A DNA stretch of 64,000 nucleotides from Haplodiscus bocki (taxonomy: Eukaryota): the NCBI GenBank assembly GCA_965655095.1, contig OZ296652.1:56668001-56732000 (forward strand). The letters run 5' to 3'. A program made the translations under genes and the position numbers. The notes under the pieces were generated by a model that did not search any database, was not told where the DNA came from, and saw nothing but the letters and a program-made list of their open reading frames with translations. Position 1 is the first letter of the stretch; each line of letters starts with the position of its first letter. Positions 52,101 to 64,000 of this stretch are shown here, piece by piece.

Positions 52101-55100
52101 ATTAAAACATTTTAATACGCATTAGCGGATCATTTGTTATATTTTGCCATCAAGAAAAAAATTCACGGAGTGTTACGCTTTTAGTAGATATGCTAAATTT
52201 TAGAGGTTGAAATTTTCAAGGCCAAAGTCGCGTAATTAGTAAGTTTCATATACATGTAGTTCACTTTTTCCACAAAGCCTCTGAATTTTGCGTTCAAAAA
52301 CCTGTTTTACTGAAAAATACCTTTCAAAATGCATTTTGCGGCAAATTTTCCATCTTTTTCAGTCAACAAAATTTCAAGTTTTTTTTCTGGAAACAAACGC
52401 AAATTTCGGTCAAAAACAATTTTTTCTGGGAACATCACTATTCTATGATGAAATTTTTGGGAATCTGCCACATTTTGGAAGAAAAAATTTCAAGGCCAGA
52501 ATCATGCAAATTTAGTAATCGTGCAATTGATAAATTTTTATTTTAAAACAACCTGAATGTCGATTGAATGATTTTCTCTCCACATATATAATATCGGCGG
52601 CAAATAATAATCGATGAAAAGGAAGAATATTTGAGCAATTATAGAGTTTCTTAATCTCGTGGATCTTTGATCGTTTCTCCCCAGATCTTGGAAAAAATTA
52701 TTCCTCTTTCTAAGAAAACCCAAAAAATTCAAGATATTGACAACATTGTTAAGACCTGTAAGATTTTGGCGAGAAATTCAAAATGCCCAAGCTTTCCGAG
52801 ATCTTGGCAAGACAAACAATAGTTCAAACACTAAGCTGTAATGAAATTTGATGTTCTTTGTGAATTGCCTTTTCTGAATTTAGAGAAACATCACGTTACG
52901 TGTTTTCGAACTTTTGAAATACCGGCCAACGCAAGAGCTCGAAAATGCCGCAAGAGGATATCGCGAAACGTCGGGTAAAGTTGAAAAAGCAGCACTTTTA
53001 TGGGAAGGCAGTCAATCAGAATGTAACAGAACTCTTTCAGATTATGCAATGCTCTGGTAGTATTAACTGAGTGTATACCATCTTGACTTTTATGCTAACT
53101 GGAATAGGCTGGTTTTGTGTCACAAGACGCATAAACGCTTGTTACGATATTCATCGTTTGACGACAAATTGTAAAACATGGCTCATTCATACAATTTTAT
53201 CGCCATTTTTGTGTTGAGTCTTTTATCTGAAAGAGTCTAGCATTTATCGTTTTTTCGCCATAATTAATATATGGAAGGAAAATCACCCACTCAAATTGTG
53301 CGTTTTTTTCAAGTTTGCTTGCCAATTGCATGAGATCATTTTCTATCAATTTGGAAAGTTTCAAAATTTAAATGACCAAAGTAGAAACAAAGTTGCCGTA
53401 GAATGCAAATGAAATAGTAGGATTTCTTGAAAATGTACAAAAATAAAGTTTTTCATGAAAAAATTTGGGCTTTTTGAAAAAAAAATTGAAAACTTGCGAA
53501 AAAGCAGCAAACTTGATGTAGAATGCGGATAAAATTGTAATTCTTTTAAATAGCTTTCTGTGACCAAATTTAGGGTTTTTCAAAGAAAATTCCGAGATTT
53601 TTCGAAATCGGGAAAAATTAGCGAAAGTGAATTACAACGCATATAGAAAGGTAATTTTTCTTATAACGTATTTTCAATAAAGTTAGCCCTCACTGAGACT
53701 ACATGGGATCCCACCGGTGGCCATCGGTGTTCCAGGACAATCGGTCGACCACCGATTTCTCCAGGACTTCTCGACATGGCCATCGATGGACCACTGGTGG
53801 CCATCAATGGAAATGAAAATCTCAAAAACGAACTATGCGCCTGAAAACCCTTTTTTCCTTCGTCTACACAATACAATTGGTAGTCCATGCGTTGAGATCC
53901 AATGTATTCCCATGTAAGAACCATACAATCATGACATTCACCACATTTCAGCAATGTAAAAAATATAGTTTTGAAAACCATAAAAATTCAATTCAGATCT
54001 GTCAAAAGTTATTTTCATTCTAGGATTATCGTTATATTTTCCACATTAAAAGAACCAAAATTTCCATTGGCGTGGAGAACTAAATTGTCGCCGAACTTGC
54101 TCACCAGAGGGCCAAGATCCAATCTGAGACAAAAGGAGCAATACAAGAATTGGATCTACTTACTAGAAATTTTGAGTAGAGGTGGTTCTCTCAAACTGAT
54201 TTTCGTAGATAGCAATATGACGTTCATTGCTCATTTCTCTAAATCTACTTTTCAGAAAGCTTTTATTCCCAAAGTGTTTTTTTGGTTTCACCTGTTGCGT
54301 CGTTTGAAACGAATCCGACATCCATATCTTCAATATTGGTGGAGCTTGGCAGTTTTGATAGCGTAATTCCTTTTCCGGAATACATTACAGCAAAATTTCT
54401 TGCTAAATTGAATGTAGTTTTTTTTCCATTTTTTTGGCATTTGAATGTATCACATAACCAAGTTATCACTTCGAAAATTGTCAATTTCCACCCGTGGCCA
54501 GAGGTTTTCCACCGTTGGATCACCGGTTACCAATTATGGAATTCTGAATAACCTGCTCCTAACTTTTCCTACCGGCGGCCAAGTGGTGACTATACTTGGC
54601 CGACCGTGGGTTCAATAGAATTGCCATGACCATAGGTTAGATGCCATGGAGTCTCAGTACGGGAGAGGACGGAAAATATCCCGGTGATGGCCGGTTGTCT
54701 TGTTTATCTCTACCTCCAACTAACAACATACTTTAGTCGCATGAAATTTTTGCATGGTGCATAAGCGTGTACAAGTATATCAATGTTTATCAATAGGAAT
54801 TTATAAATACATTTTCTTCGGTTCAGATATGTAACAATCACGTAACCGAATAAACCAATGAACAGTACAACAAAATCTTCTAGGGTACAAGTATCTCTTT
54901 CAAGTTCAAACCTTCAAGGCTTCGTCTTTGGCCTGCAGCAAACAGAGAGCGATGATTTGTTGAAAGCGGCTGATGTGGACAAGCACGAAAGCGTTTTTGA
55001 GTCCGCTGCTGGAGGCCGAGTGTCTGTCTATCATGTGCACTTCCAGTCTGTCCAGAGGAATCGGTTGCTTGATCACTAAGAACAGAGGGTGTTCCAGATC

Positions 55101-58100
55101 TTTTCCAGCATATCGTCCCCCCACAGATCGGCGATGGAAGGGCAGTGATGACGTGTGATGGGTGCTGATAGTTATGTCATCTTCTCCATAACTGCTCTAG
55201 AACAAGTGAAAAATGCCTGTAAAGTCCTAATATTCTAATCACCGATATTGTTGATCAATGTAGTGAAACTTTTCAAGAAATATTCCAACCATAAAAAAAT
55301 CTTCGTTGCAACTAAAATCATGAACATTTTTTGGAGCAATAAAGTTTTCAAAAATCCATTGAACAGCAAATGCAATGAAAAGAAGCAAAAATGGACAAAC
55401 TTTTTTCATTTTCCTCAGCTTCGTAACCAATAACATGTCGTCGAACAAAAACAAATATGCTGGTATATTTTTTGTGTTTTCTGAAACAAGCAACATATAA
55501 CAACGACGTAGTTAGAGAAGTTTTAAAAATCTCTGAAACAGCCGTTAACTTACCTAGCATTGAAAGTTGACCTTCATATCTCAAATTTCTTAATGGACTT
55601 GCAATTATCCTCTCCATAGATCCTTCACGAATTTTCTGACGTAAAGACTGAAATCAGAAAATATATGTACATTTTTTGCCAACCATTAAATTTCAAAGCT
55701 GACCAGAAGAGCTTTGTCAATAAAGCCTATACAGGAAAATACAGATATGACGTCAGAGTAAGGCGAGGTCAAAAGGCAGTGTTGTCTCTAAATGATGCCA
55801 CAACTGGAAGTGCTACTACTACTTTTGCCACAACAGGGTGGGCGAAACTGCGACTTTATACTCGGCTTGAGTCAACTGCGTTAACTCTTTCCAAACGAAA
55901 TTCACGTTTCTGTGACATGCTTCTTGGTTCCAAAACGTCGCCAAGTTTTGAACTCTCTCAAATTGGTGGGGAAATACTGACAATTGAAAATTTCACGTCA
56001 GTTGTATACGGGATCATCTTTGCTGAGCGAACTATTTTAAAACAATTTTGCGATTCCATATTTTATATACCACAATCACACGATTATAAATAGTAGGTTT
56101 CAAGCTGGTTGGTCAACAAAAATTTTCCAAAATAATTTTTCGCTCATCAAATTGATCACTTTGATTGAATATGTTTGTTCAAAACATTGAAAAGCAAGAA
56201 CTGCATGGAAAAATTGATAGGCTTTCATATCACATTGAAGTTGAGGAATAAAAATTTCATCGCCTGTTTTGCTTACAGTTGCGCAAAAGTCCCAGTTCAG
56301 CTCATGAGAAGAATTGGCAGCTCGTTGAAAACTGAGTAAACTTCTGTACATCATTTTCTAGTCTCGATTCGGTGCTACAAATTTCACATTCAATAGCTTA
56401 CCCAAAAATGAAATCCGGAAAAATTTCGTACAAAAAGTAATGGGACAGCCTTTTCCCAATGTGAATTTATGTGGAATTAAAAGGATTTAGAGTTTCAGCT
56501 CTGAAACTTCGAGAAACTTCATCCAACTTACTTCGGATAGATACCATTGAAATCTTCGGAAAAATATCTAAAAATTTTTCTACTTATATTTTTCGTTTGA
56601 ATGTTTCTACTCGGCCCGAATCAACTACGGAAAAACTTCAACTTTACATCGCATCCAACTTGAATGACCGTTGGAATTTGAAAGGCACTTTATATACATT
56701 ATATAGATTCAAAATGGTATATAATTGATACGATTATTGAGAGTCATTTTCAAGTTCAAACTTTTTTTTCAGAAAAGTTTTCTTTTTTAAATTCTATTAA
56801 TGCTTCATTTTGAAAAGTAGGCCACTATTCTAGAAGTTCTGATACCCTAAGTTTTACGTCTTTTCGAACATTTTAACGTTTTCGCCAAAACTATTTTTTT
56901 ACTCAAGAGATGTCAAAAGCTTTTTAATGCTCAAAATCTTCTCTAGATTTTTCGACTTCAATACTTTCTAATGAAACAAACTTCTGAATACCTGGCGAAA
57001 AATAACTGATAAGTGTCGCTTTGCCCTATCTTAATACATGCAAACAGAGATGCCAGTTGTTTTCGTTCGCTAGCTACTCAGAATTTTGTTTCTCCTGAAA
57101 GTGCTACAGTTGAATAATTTTACAAGCAATCTATCGCAGAAAGTCATAAACCAAGTTTCGAACTTTTCTTCTGTATAAATTTTATGCAAAACTTTCACTT
57201 CAAAAAATGCTTGAAAGCACGTAAAAAGGCTCGTTTCCTCCTCCCCCTCCCACACGTATTTGTTTTCAATTTTTTGACGGAATTTTGGTCATAATGGATT
57301 ATTGTTGGCATTATTATTCGGATATGTCAAAAGAACGTAGGAGAGGTTGTTATTACTTCATTTGAAAAGTAGTTTGAATACCCTTTGGTCAATTTGTGGG
57401 AGCGGGGAGCAGAAAATTCCCATAAAACTTTATGGTATCAGAACTTCTAAAGGAGTCGTAAAATTTTTAAACAAAAAGCACCAAGATCTTTGTTAATTCC
57501 TGTAAAGTTTCTCCAGATAGTTTATGAAATTTTGAACTAAAAATAGGATTTTACTGAAAATGAAGTTAAGATTACTTTTGTAAGATAATTGATATTGTCG
57601 CCATTTTTTATTATCCGTCGTATTATATTACGAAAGAAAAATCATTCCTTCAGTATGTACACTTTTTTCGCCGTAATTTGCCAATTAAGGCTTTGTAATT
57701 GCGTCGATAGTTAATTACACAGGGGACATGCAGTCTGCACTGAAGATTTGTTTCATTAAATGTTTCTGTTTTTGGAAGTTTTTCCGAAATCTGTTGAAGC
57801 TTTTGTTAAATTTTTGTTTTTTTTTCTCAAATATTCCGTTCCTTTTTTCTAGCAAGTTTTCGCCAAGTATACTTCAAAAACAAACTAGTCTCTTAAAGAA
57901 AAATTCCGAGAAAATTAGGAAAGTTGAAAAATTTTTGCTCAAAATATTTTGCCAGTTAAAGTCCAAAAATTTTGCTCAAAATTCAATTTTTAATGGCTCA
58001 AACTTCATTTTTTTTCGATTTTCCTACGCAAAATTTTCCTCTGGACACGTAATATGCAAGTTTGACAACCCTGCTAAACATTTTCATTCAAATACCGGAA

Positions 58101-61100
58101 AAATTAATGAAATGGCGTTTTTAAAAAACAAAATTGACGCAAAATGTTCCTCAGGACACGTAGAAAGTTTAGAAAACATCAGCCAAAAACTTTTTCACTC
58201 AAAGACTCAAAATCCCAAAAATATTTAAAGTTTCTCAAAGTCCTTAAAAAAATTTTCCGGCTGAAAATGTCCTTGTGGACACGTAGAAATCATTTTCGGG
58301 AACACCAGCCAAGCAGCCGAGTAATTTTTGCTCACAGCCTAAAAAAATTGTTTCCCGACAATTTTTCAAGAAAAGTCACTCAAATTTTTCCTCTGAAAAT
58401 CAGTTTTGAGGTTAACAGTTTTAGTTTAAGCCTCTTCGCACAGTAGGATACCTATGTTTTTCTTGAAGCTTGCAGTAATTTCATCTTTGAGCAATTTCGC
58501 TATTTTTAACCCTCCGTCGACGGAGATTATCGCAGCGCTGCTGCGCCTCTTATTACTTCTTTCCTTTGACTTTTTCTTTTAAATATTTAAATATTGACGA
58601 AAGCAAAGGTCAGACGAAAGAAGTAAAAGACTTGATGAAAAAATTATTATTTTCGCACCATCTTTGTAATATGAAAGGAAAATCATCCACTCAAAGCGGT
58701 GCGTTTACTTGTCAACTGTCCGGGCAGAATGGAAGAATGCCCAAGTTTTGAATTTGAAAATTTTTCGTCACCAAATTTTAGAAAATTTGCCGTAGAATGC
58801 GACTGAAATAATAAAATTTCTGAAAACCTCCGAAAATTAAAAAAATTAATAGGATTTTCAAAATTTTTTCAAAATCGTTACAGATGGCGAATTTGCTATA
58901 GAGTGCGTATCAAATGATATTATCTCCTAAAAATGTCTTTTCCTTAATTGTGAATTTTTTTGCAAAAAGATCAGAAAATTTTTATATTTGCAAAATTAGA
59001 AGTTATATGAAGAGAGTATTTTTCTTTGAAAAAACGTTTTCATCCTTTTAAAAGGCATCCTCAACAAAAAAGGAGGGCAAAAAATATGACGGTAGTAGCC
59101 GGTCGTCTTGTTTCTCATAATTTTTTGATACCATAAACAAGTTTATACCTCGGGCAAGTTTGGTTTGGGTTCTTGTTCCATTACTGACAACCATTGGATC
59201 TGTTTGGACAGTTCCTGTAGCCTCTCAAAGTTCTTCAACCACTTCACTTGGCCTTCTACACTCTCTAAAAACAAGAGTGTTTATAATTAAGGGCTGTGCT
59301 TGCACAACTGAAGTTCTAAAGCACTTCCTTGGGCGTAGCTTGCAAAACTGCAAAGGTCAGTTTTAAATAACAAGCCGGGCTCAACCCAAGTCGGTGAAGC
59401 CAGTATGGTTCCAAATTATAGTGAGGAGGGAGCCTTTTAGGTTTGAAAAAAATTAGGTTTGAAAAATTTTGGTAAAGCAACGGGATATCATAATTTTAGT
59501 TAAATAATTTCTGTGTCACAGTACTGAAAAACTTCACAGGGGGTTTTTTGTAACCCTGAAAGTCTGGGCCTCCTTAAGAAAACAAGGAAAACCTTTGGAG
59601 CCTTTCGAGAAATTTAGGTATTGTGTACTAAAATTGGGTCAATTCTAAAGAAGGACTAGCGTCTTACGAAACAAAAAAAAAGAAAATTCACCGTAATAAT
59701 CCGGGCACTTTTGCACTTTCGTGAAAGCTCTAAAAAAGATATTAAGAAAAATGCTTCAAAAATTTGTGCATTTCTATTCGATTTCCCCTCTGTACACTTC
59801 TACTCATGACATTCGAAATATTTGAGCCTAGAATTTCTGAGTTAAAATTGGATGCTAACTGATGGCAGCTTCGACATTAGAGATTGCATCTTGTAACAGT
59901 TTTCTCTCCCTGTGATCGAAAGTCTTCTTTCTAATGGTTTTCAGGAGCAGAGGGTACTTGGTGAGGTGTTGCATGGGGGCCACCAACAGGTCTGTGAGTT
60001 TCAACCTCTTGCACCTGGAGTCCCTTTCACAGTGTCTCACAAACAGTTCCCATTGGATGTTGCCTCTTAATTGGTGCTCCATATACGACAGAGCATTCGA
60101 ATAGTTCATACAATAGCGTTGGTACGAAGGACACACTTGGTGCTCAAACTGAAAGATTACGACCTTTTTTTGCAAAACCGAAATTCCAATGCGCGTTTGT
60201 TAATTTTATCCCTTCTGCAATACACATTTATATTTTGATCTTTTCACGTTTTCACGTTTTTGCTTTTAAAAATGTTTTCTTCTTTTTCGACGAGGTAAAT
60301 TTCTTTAGACGATCATTGTCTGGCCAAACGAACTAGATTCAAATACTGGGCACAACAATGAAAAGGATGCAATGGACCTTTCTTCCATGCATGTAGGACA
60401 CTACCACCTTCCGAAAATTAAAAAGGAACGTTCAGTTAAATTCTATACCTTGTGGAATACTTTGGATATACCATAGGCGCTTCCAAACACGGGAGGAGCT
60501 CTGAATATGTAATGATGCATTTCTGAGCAGAACACAGAAGTCACCTGCAGAAAGAGGAACTATTTCAGCCGGTTTCTGAATTGAAATAGCCAAAATAAAT
60601 ATTCACAAAGACTACAATGTTCAAATTACCTTGCATAAATCCTCCAAGTTGGCAAAAATTTTGACGGGCTCCATATCCAGAAGAAATCCCTCACATTGAG
60701 ATTCTTTCAAAGGCTCCAGGAAGACCTAAATTAAAACAATTCTATATTCAGACTTGAACTGATTTTTTTCTAGGCTAGTTTGCTAGTAAGTACTATTCAA
60801 AGACTACATTGAAACCTTAATGTCCTGCATTTTCATACGCCAAAGTTTTGTTACCTTTAATACGTTGTACACTTGGCACAGGCAAAATTCTCAGTTGTTT
60901 CGACGTATTGAATGTGACAAGTTTTCCGCCCATCGAATGTACATTGTGCATACTGACTATTTCAATTGAATTTCATTCAAAACTGATTATCTTAAAAATA
61001 CTAAGCACCGCAAATGTTGTCATAAACCATTTACTGGTAACAGGTTATGGAAAACTACGAAACTTTTCTTATACACTCTAGATGATCCTCCAGAGATATC

Positions 61101-62741
61101 TTGCAAGTATCTTGCAAGAAGTGCTCGCATCGGAACATTCTTGCAAGAATCCTACAAGAGCGGATTTATCTTGTAAGTACAGAAAAATCTTGCAAGTTTC
61201 TTGAAAGAATCTTGCACGGAAATGTCAGATCTTTTTAACAGACATCTCTCGTAAGAAAAATCAACAAATCAGAAGTTTCTTGCATGAAACTTCCAAGAAT
61301 CATGCAAGTTTTCTCTGGCAGATCAACCGAGCTAAGTATTGCTTGCGTTTGCACGCAACTGTACAAAAAAATTCATATAATTCTTGCGACCCTTGTTTGT
61401 AATTACCGGCGACCGAATGTAAATTTAATTGAATTCTCATTACAATTTAAGAATCGTTCTGCTATTAACACCCCCTCACACACACCATAATAGGTGGCGT
61501 ATTGTATTAGCTCAGGCGCGAGTGAATTTTACTCAATCAGAAAAGAGCTCTTTTTTGCGTTAGGGGAGTTAAAATTCTCATCACTGCTGGTGGTGGGGGA
61601 GGGGCAGAAAAGATCTATTTAGCCTACAATTATGAGTATGAGTAACGCGCGTAAATAGCACGTGTGGTTGAAATACGGCGTCATTTCACAAATCCGAAAA
61701 AAAATTAAATAAATTGTGCCTTAAATTATAATCAATCAATCACATTTAAGCAATTTACATGCACGAGCATCTTTCAACCACTTATTATAACGTAGTGAGA
61801 CAAGTATTTCAAATATCGAATTGTTACACCTCAGTGTAATGAAAGCTAGCAGACTTCCCGCAAAGCAAGCAGAACGGAAAATGTGGCAGCGCAGAAGGCA
61901 CTGGTTTCAATTCAGATTACTATTTCAATTTAGCTAAATCATTTTTGAACTTGTGCTGCTCAAATTTATTTTCGGACTGGTTAATAGCCGCCCGAAATAC
62001 ACGCGCTGTTTTTACAGTGCACTCAACCACATCCTCCAATCTTTGCGAACGTCTCGAGAATCGAAGATCAATGTTCATCAAAACGATAGATGATGAAAGC
62101 TATGAACTATTTACTAGAGAAGATCGACGAGTAAAGCGCGTACTACTAACCGATTGCTCAATGAACCAATTGTTCTTTGAGACTATTTTAGCTTCTTTTT
62201 AAAATGTTATTGGCTGAGCAAGAGTAATTCGGTTACGTAATATTTCCAGACAACGAGCAGAAGCTGAATAAGCACCATGCAAACTCGTTCATTAGCACAG
62301 CCAATTAACTAAGTTGTGGACTAATTAAAGGGCACCCCAGTGAGCAAAGCAAGAAGGACTAGGTGATGTAGCAACTAGCCAACTGCTCATTGAACCGATT
62401 GTTCTATGAGATGAATTTAATGTTTCTCAAATATTATCTGCTGAGGTAGTGCGATTCGGCTCCGTAACGTTCCCGAGTGACAAGCGGAGGTCAAATACGC
62501 GCAATGCAAATTCGTTCAACAACACATTCGGTTAATTGAGCGGTCGGCTAATTGAAAGGCACCCTGAAAGACTGACGTTGGACAGAACAAGCAAATGATC
62601 GACGAGATAGTTGAGTTCGGCTGTGAATAGTTCCCACACGACGTCTCTTCGTTTTCTCTCGTCTTCACTCACTGTCGAGTGGGCCGCATTTCGAGCAGCT
62701 CTTGGATTCACCTCGGCTATCACATCTGGCCAGGGCCGATC
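49014..62741 (-). CDS. PLEKHG7: DH-PH Rho guanine nucleotide exchange factor, PLEKHG7-like (3' part, 9 exons; 5' exons not identified)
   Basis: Exons 62741-62577, 60725-60630, 60544-60449, 60148-59860, 59264-59149, 55647-55554, 55480-55401, 55196-54912 and 49172-49014 all have AG/GT boundaries and compatible phases, giving one open frame. Motifs: VWELFTAELNYL, IFANLEDL, YQRYCMNY, LTDLLVAPMQHLTKYPLLL (DH); EGQVKWLKNF; YLFLFDDMLLVTK, QPIPLDRL, TAWLKQL (PH). Confidence 0.88.
53390..54703 (+). repeat. Dispersed repeat with hairpin + CTTGT end (Helitron/Helentron-like), split by the TIR element
   Basis: TTGCCGTAGAATGC...AAAATAT..CCGGTGATGGCCGGTTGTCTTGT matches the copy at 58785-59111. Confidence 0.55.
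53687..54663. mobile_element. Non-autonomous TIR DNA transposon (CCC...GGG ends, 2-bp TSD; CMC/EnSpm-like)
   Basis: Left end CCCTCACTGAGACTACATGG versus reverse complement of right end CCCGTACTGAGACTCCATGG (17/20); AG on both flanks; subterminal CCACCGGTGGCCA-like repeats. Confidence 0.75.
54912..55196 (-). CDS. PLEKHG7: RhoGEF exon (PH): SSYGEDD...FLVIKQPIPLDRL...QAKDEALK
   Basis: ttctag| acceptor, |gtttga donor, 285 bp; overlaps ORF 54906-55124. Confidence 0.88.
55401..55480 (-). CDS. PLEKHG7: RhoGEF exon: (E)NTKNIPAYLFLFDDMLLVTKLRKMKK
   Basis: tttcag| acceptor, |gtttgt donor, 80 bp; 73-bp upstream intron. Confidence 0.88.
55554..55647 (-). CDS. PLEKHG7: RhoGEF exon (PH start): SLRQKIREGSMERIIASPLRNLRYEGQLSML
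   Basis: tttcag| acceptor, |gtaagt donor, 94 bp. Confidence 0.88.
58030..58295 (+). repeat. Second cluster of the TTCCTCTGGACACGTAG repeat family
   Basis: Core motif at ~58035, 58145 and 58268. Confidence 0.7.
58750..59111 (+). repeat. Dispersed repeat with hairpin + CTTGT end (uninterrupted copy)
   Basis: Ends GACGGTAGTAGCCGGTCGTCTTGT; internal TTGCCGTAGAATGCG is shared with the 53390 copy. Confidence 0.55.
59149..59264 (-). CDS. PLEKHG7: RhoGEF exon: (K)SVEGQVKWLKNFERLQELSKQIQWLSVMEQEPKPNLPE
   Basis: ttttag| acceptor, |gtataa donor, 116 bp, phase 1/0. Confidence 0.88.
59860..60148 (-). CDS. PLEKHG7: RhoGEF exon (DH core): FEHQVCPSYQRYCMNY...APMQHLTKYPLLL...NVEAAI
   Basis: tttcag| acceptor, |gttagc donor, 289 bp; overlaps ORF 59855-60175. 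Confidence 0.92.
60449..60544 (-). CDS. PLEKHG7: RhoGEF exon: VTSVFCSEMHHYIFRAPPVFGSAYGISKVFHK
   Basis: ctgcag| acceptor, |gtatag donor, 96 bp; 85-bp upstream intron. Confidence 0.85.
60630..60725 (-). CDS. PLEKHG7: RhoGEF exon: VFLEPLKESQCEGFLLDMEPVKIFANLEDLCK
   Basis: tttag| acceptor, |gtaatt donor, 96 bp. Confidence 0.9.
61076..61331. mobile_element. MITE-like element rich in TCTTGCAAGA palindromes
   Basis: Imperfect TIRs (CTCTAGATGATCCTCCAGAGA / TCTCTGGCAGATCAACCGAG) enclose ~10 variants of TCTTGCAAGA. Confidence 0.55.
62577..62741 (-). CDS. PLEKHG7: RhoGEF exon (DH start): DRPWPDV...RRDVVWELFTAELNYLVDHLLVLSN
   Basis: tttag| acceptor, |gtcagt donor, 165 bp, phase 0/0. Confidence 0.9.
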
Positions 62742-64000
62742 CTAAATACAAATATTGCTATAATTTATTCAAAGTATTGTACAAGGTAAGATGGAAAAAA
62801 AATCAGGAATTTGCTAACTTTTTCTGAGAGCAAAAATGCATTTTAGGTAGATATTTTTGAGAATTTATCTTTCTCGGACATAGATTGCCAAAATATTCAC
62901 GATTGAAATTGAAGTAAGGTTAATTCTCTACAAACACTTCACCGTACAATGGTATGTCTAGTATTCATTCTGCAGTAATATTTGATGCAACCGGCTTTGA
63001 TTGTGTGATTTGAGGCTCCGGTCGACTTAGAAAGAATTTAGCAAATGAAATTTTGTTGAGAAAATGAAAAAGAAAAGTTACGGAATAACTATTATCCAAA
63101 AATATCAAATTTTATCCGCATTTTATGAAAAAGCTCAGAAAATCCGTGTTTGTATTATTTACAGGTCAAATAAACGGGGATGCTATTTAGCGTCAAAACA
63201 TTTAAAAGCGAATACGTTCGAAATTTATTTTGAATTGAAAGTAAACGCGACTTTAATTAGGATTAAATTGTTTGCGGGAATTATTTGAAATCGAAAATAG
63301 TTGTGATCAAAACTCTTGGCTCAATTAATACTGATGTAATTACTTGGTATATTACTTTTTAACAAGTTTGGTCTGGAGTGCGTAGGTTATGAGCACATGA
63401 ATAAAATATAAGCTACCTAACTTTGCTAAACACAGAAGCGAAGCTGAGCTTTGCATTCATTTGCCAAGGAGCTGAGAAACAACCAAACAACCTCGACTAA
63501 TAGCTCCGTTGATTCTTGTTAAGTTATCACTATAAAAATTTTTACAAAAACGTTTCCACTGGAAAGCAAAGTCAAGAACAGATCGTCAAAAGCAATTTCG
63601 ATTATCGTAATTCAATTTAGGCAGTAGACGGTGGCCAATGGACCATAGTCTTTGAAAAAAAAACATTTTGAAAAAGGACGTATGCTATAACGATTTGAAA
63701 CACAATAACGCGTCCAAGTCTAAATACTTCATTTGAAAACATCAAATGTATGAAACAAAACATTTCTCTTTCATTGAATTTTCTCAATTTTGAGGAACTT
63801 TGAGTGACCACCAAAAAGCTCCAACCCAACCGGCAGTCTCATAGAAAAGCAAGTTTGAAAAAAGGCGCAAGTAAACGTTCTTTCGAAATTCAAGACACCA
63901 TTCAGGATAAGTTGAGTGAGATGCTTGATATTCTCTACATAGCGGTTTCTCGGATAGGCACTGAACAACCGCATTCAATGGGAAGTTTTCGATACACCAG

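Noticed and set aside
49200-53400. Short ORFs in the long last intron
   Set aside because: Low-complexity, repeat-derived frames without domain motifs; the flanking exons already join in phase.
63617-64000. Overlapping minus-strand ORFs as upstream RhoGEF exons
   Set aside because: No convincing splice sites or RhoGEF similarity; more likely a repeat fragment.
1-64000. tRNA/rRNA genes and prokaryotic operon signals
   Set aside because: None recognised; the dense gene run at 1-9 kb is viral-type within a eukaryotic chromosome.

Overview
AT-rich metazoan genomic DNA with spliceosomal GT-AG introns; the species cannot be determined from sequence alone. There are three blocks. (1) About 1-10.6 kb: a decayed Polinton/Maverick-like endogenous virus, all genes on the minus strand. 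It carries a double-jelly-roll major capsid, an A32-type packaging ATPase, small core-like proteins, two tandem minor-capsid-like paralogues and an adenain-like protease, followed by a repeat- and hairpin-rich putative terminus. No pPolB or integrase is visible in the window. (2) About 11-48.5 kb: what appears to be one very old Ty3/Gypsy LTR retrotransposon (LTR-like copies at 10991 and 48310, gag, RNase H, integrase, PPT). Its gag-zinc-knuckle/protease/RT segment has been amplified into a ~30.5-kb tandem macrosatellite of 14 units, each a ~1.55-kb monomer plus extra copies of a ~300-bp RT-derived subrepeat (1-10 per unit, 42 in total). It has two sequence subfamilies and higher-order duplications, and a 16-bp minisatellite sits in the RNase H motif. 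(3) About 49-62.7 kb: nine in-phase minus-strand exons of a DH-PH RhoGEF (PLEKHG7-like), with MITE- and repeat-filled introns; the 5' end of the gene was not found. All family assignments come from manual translation and recalled motifs; no database searches were run.
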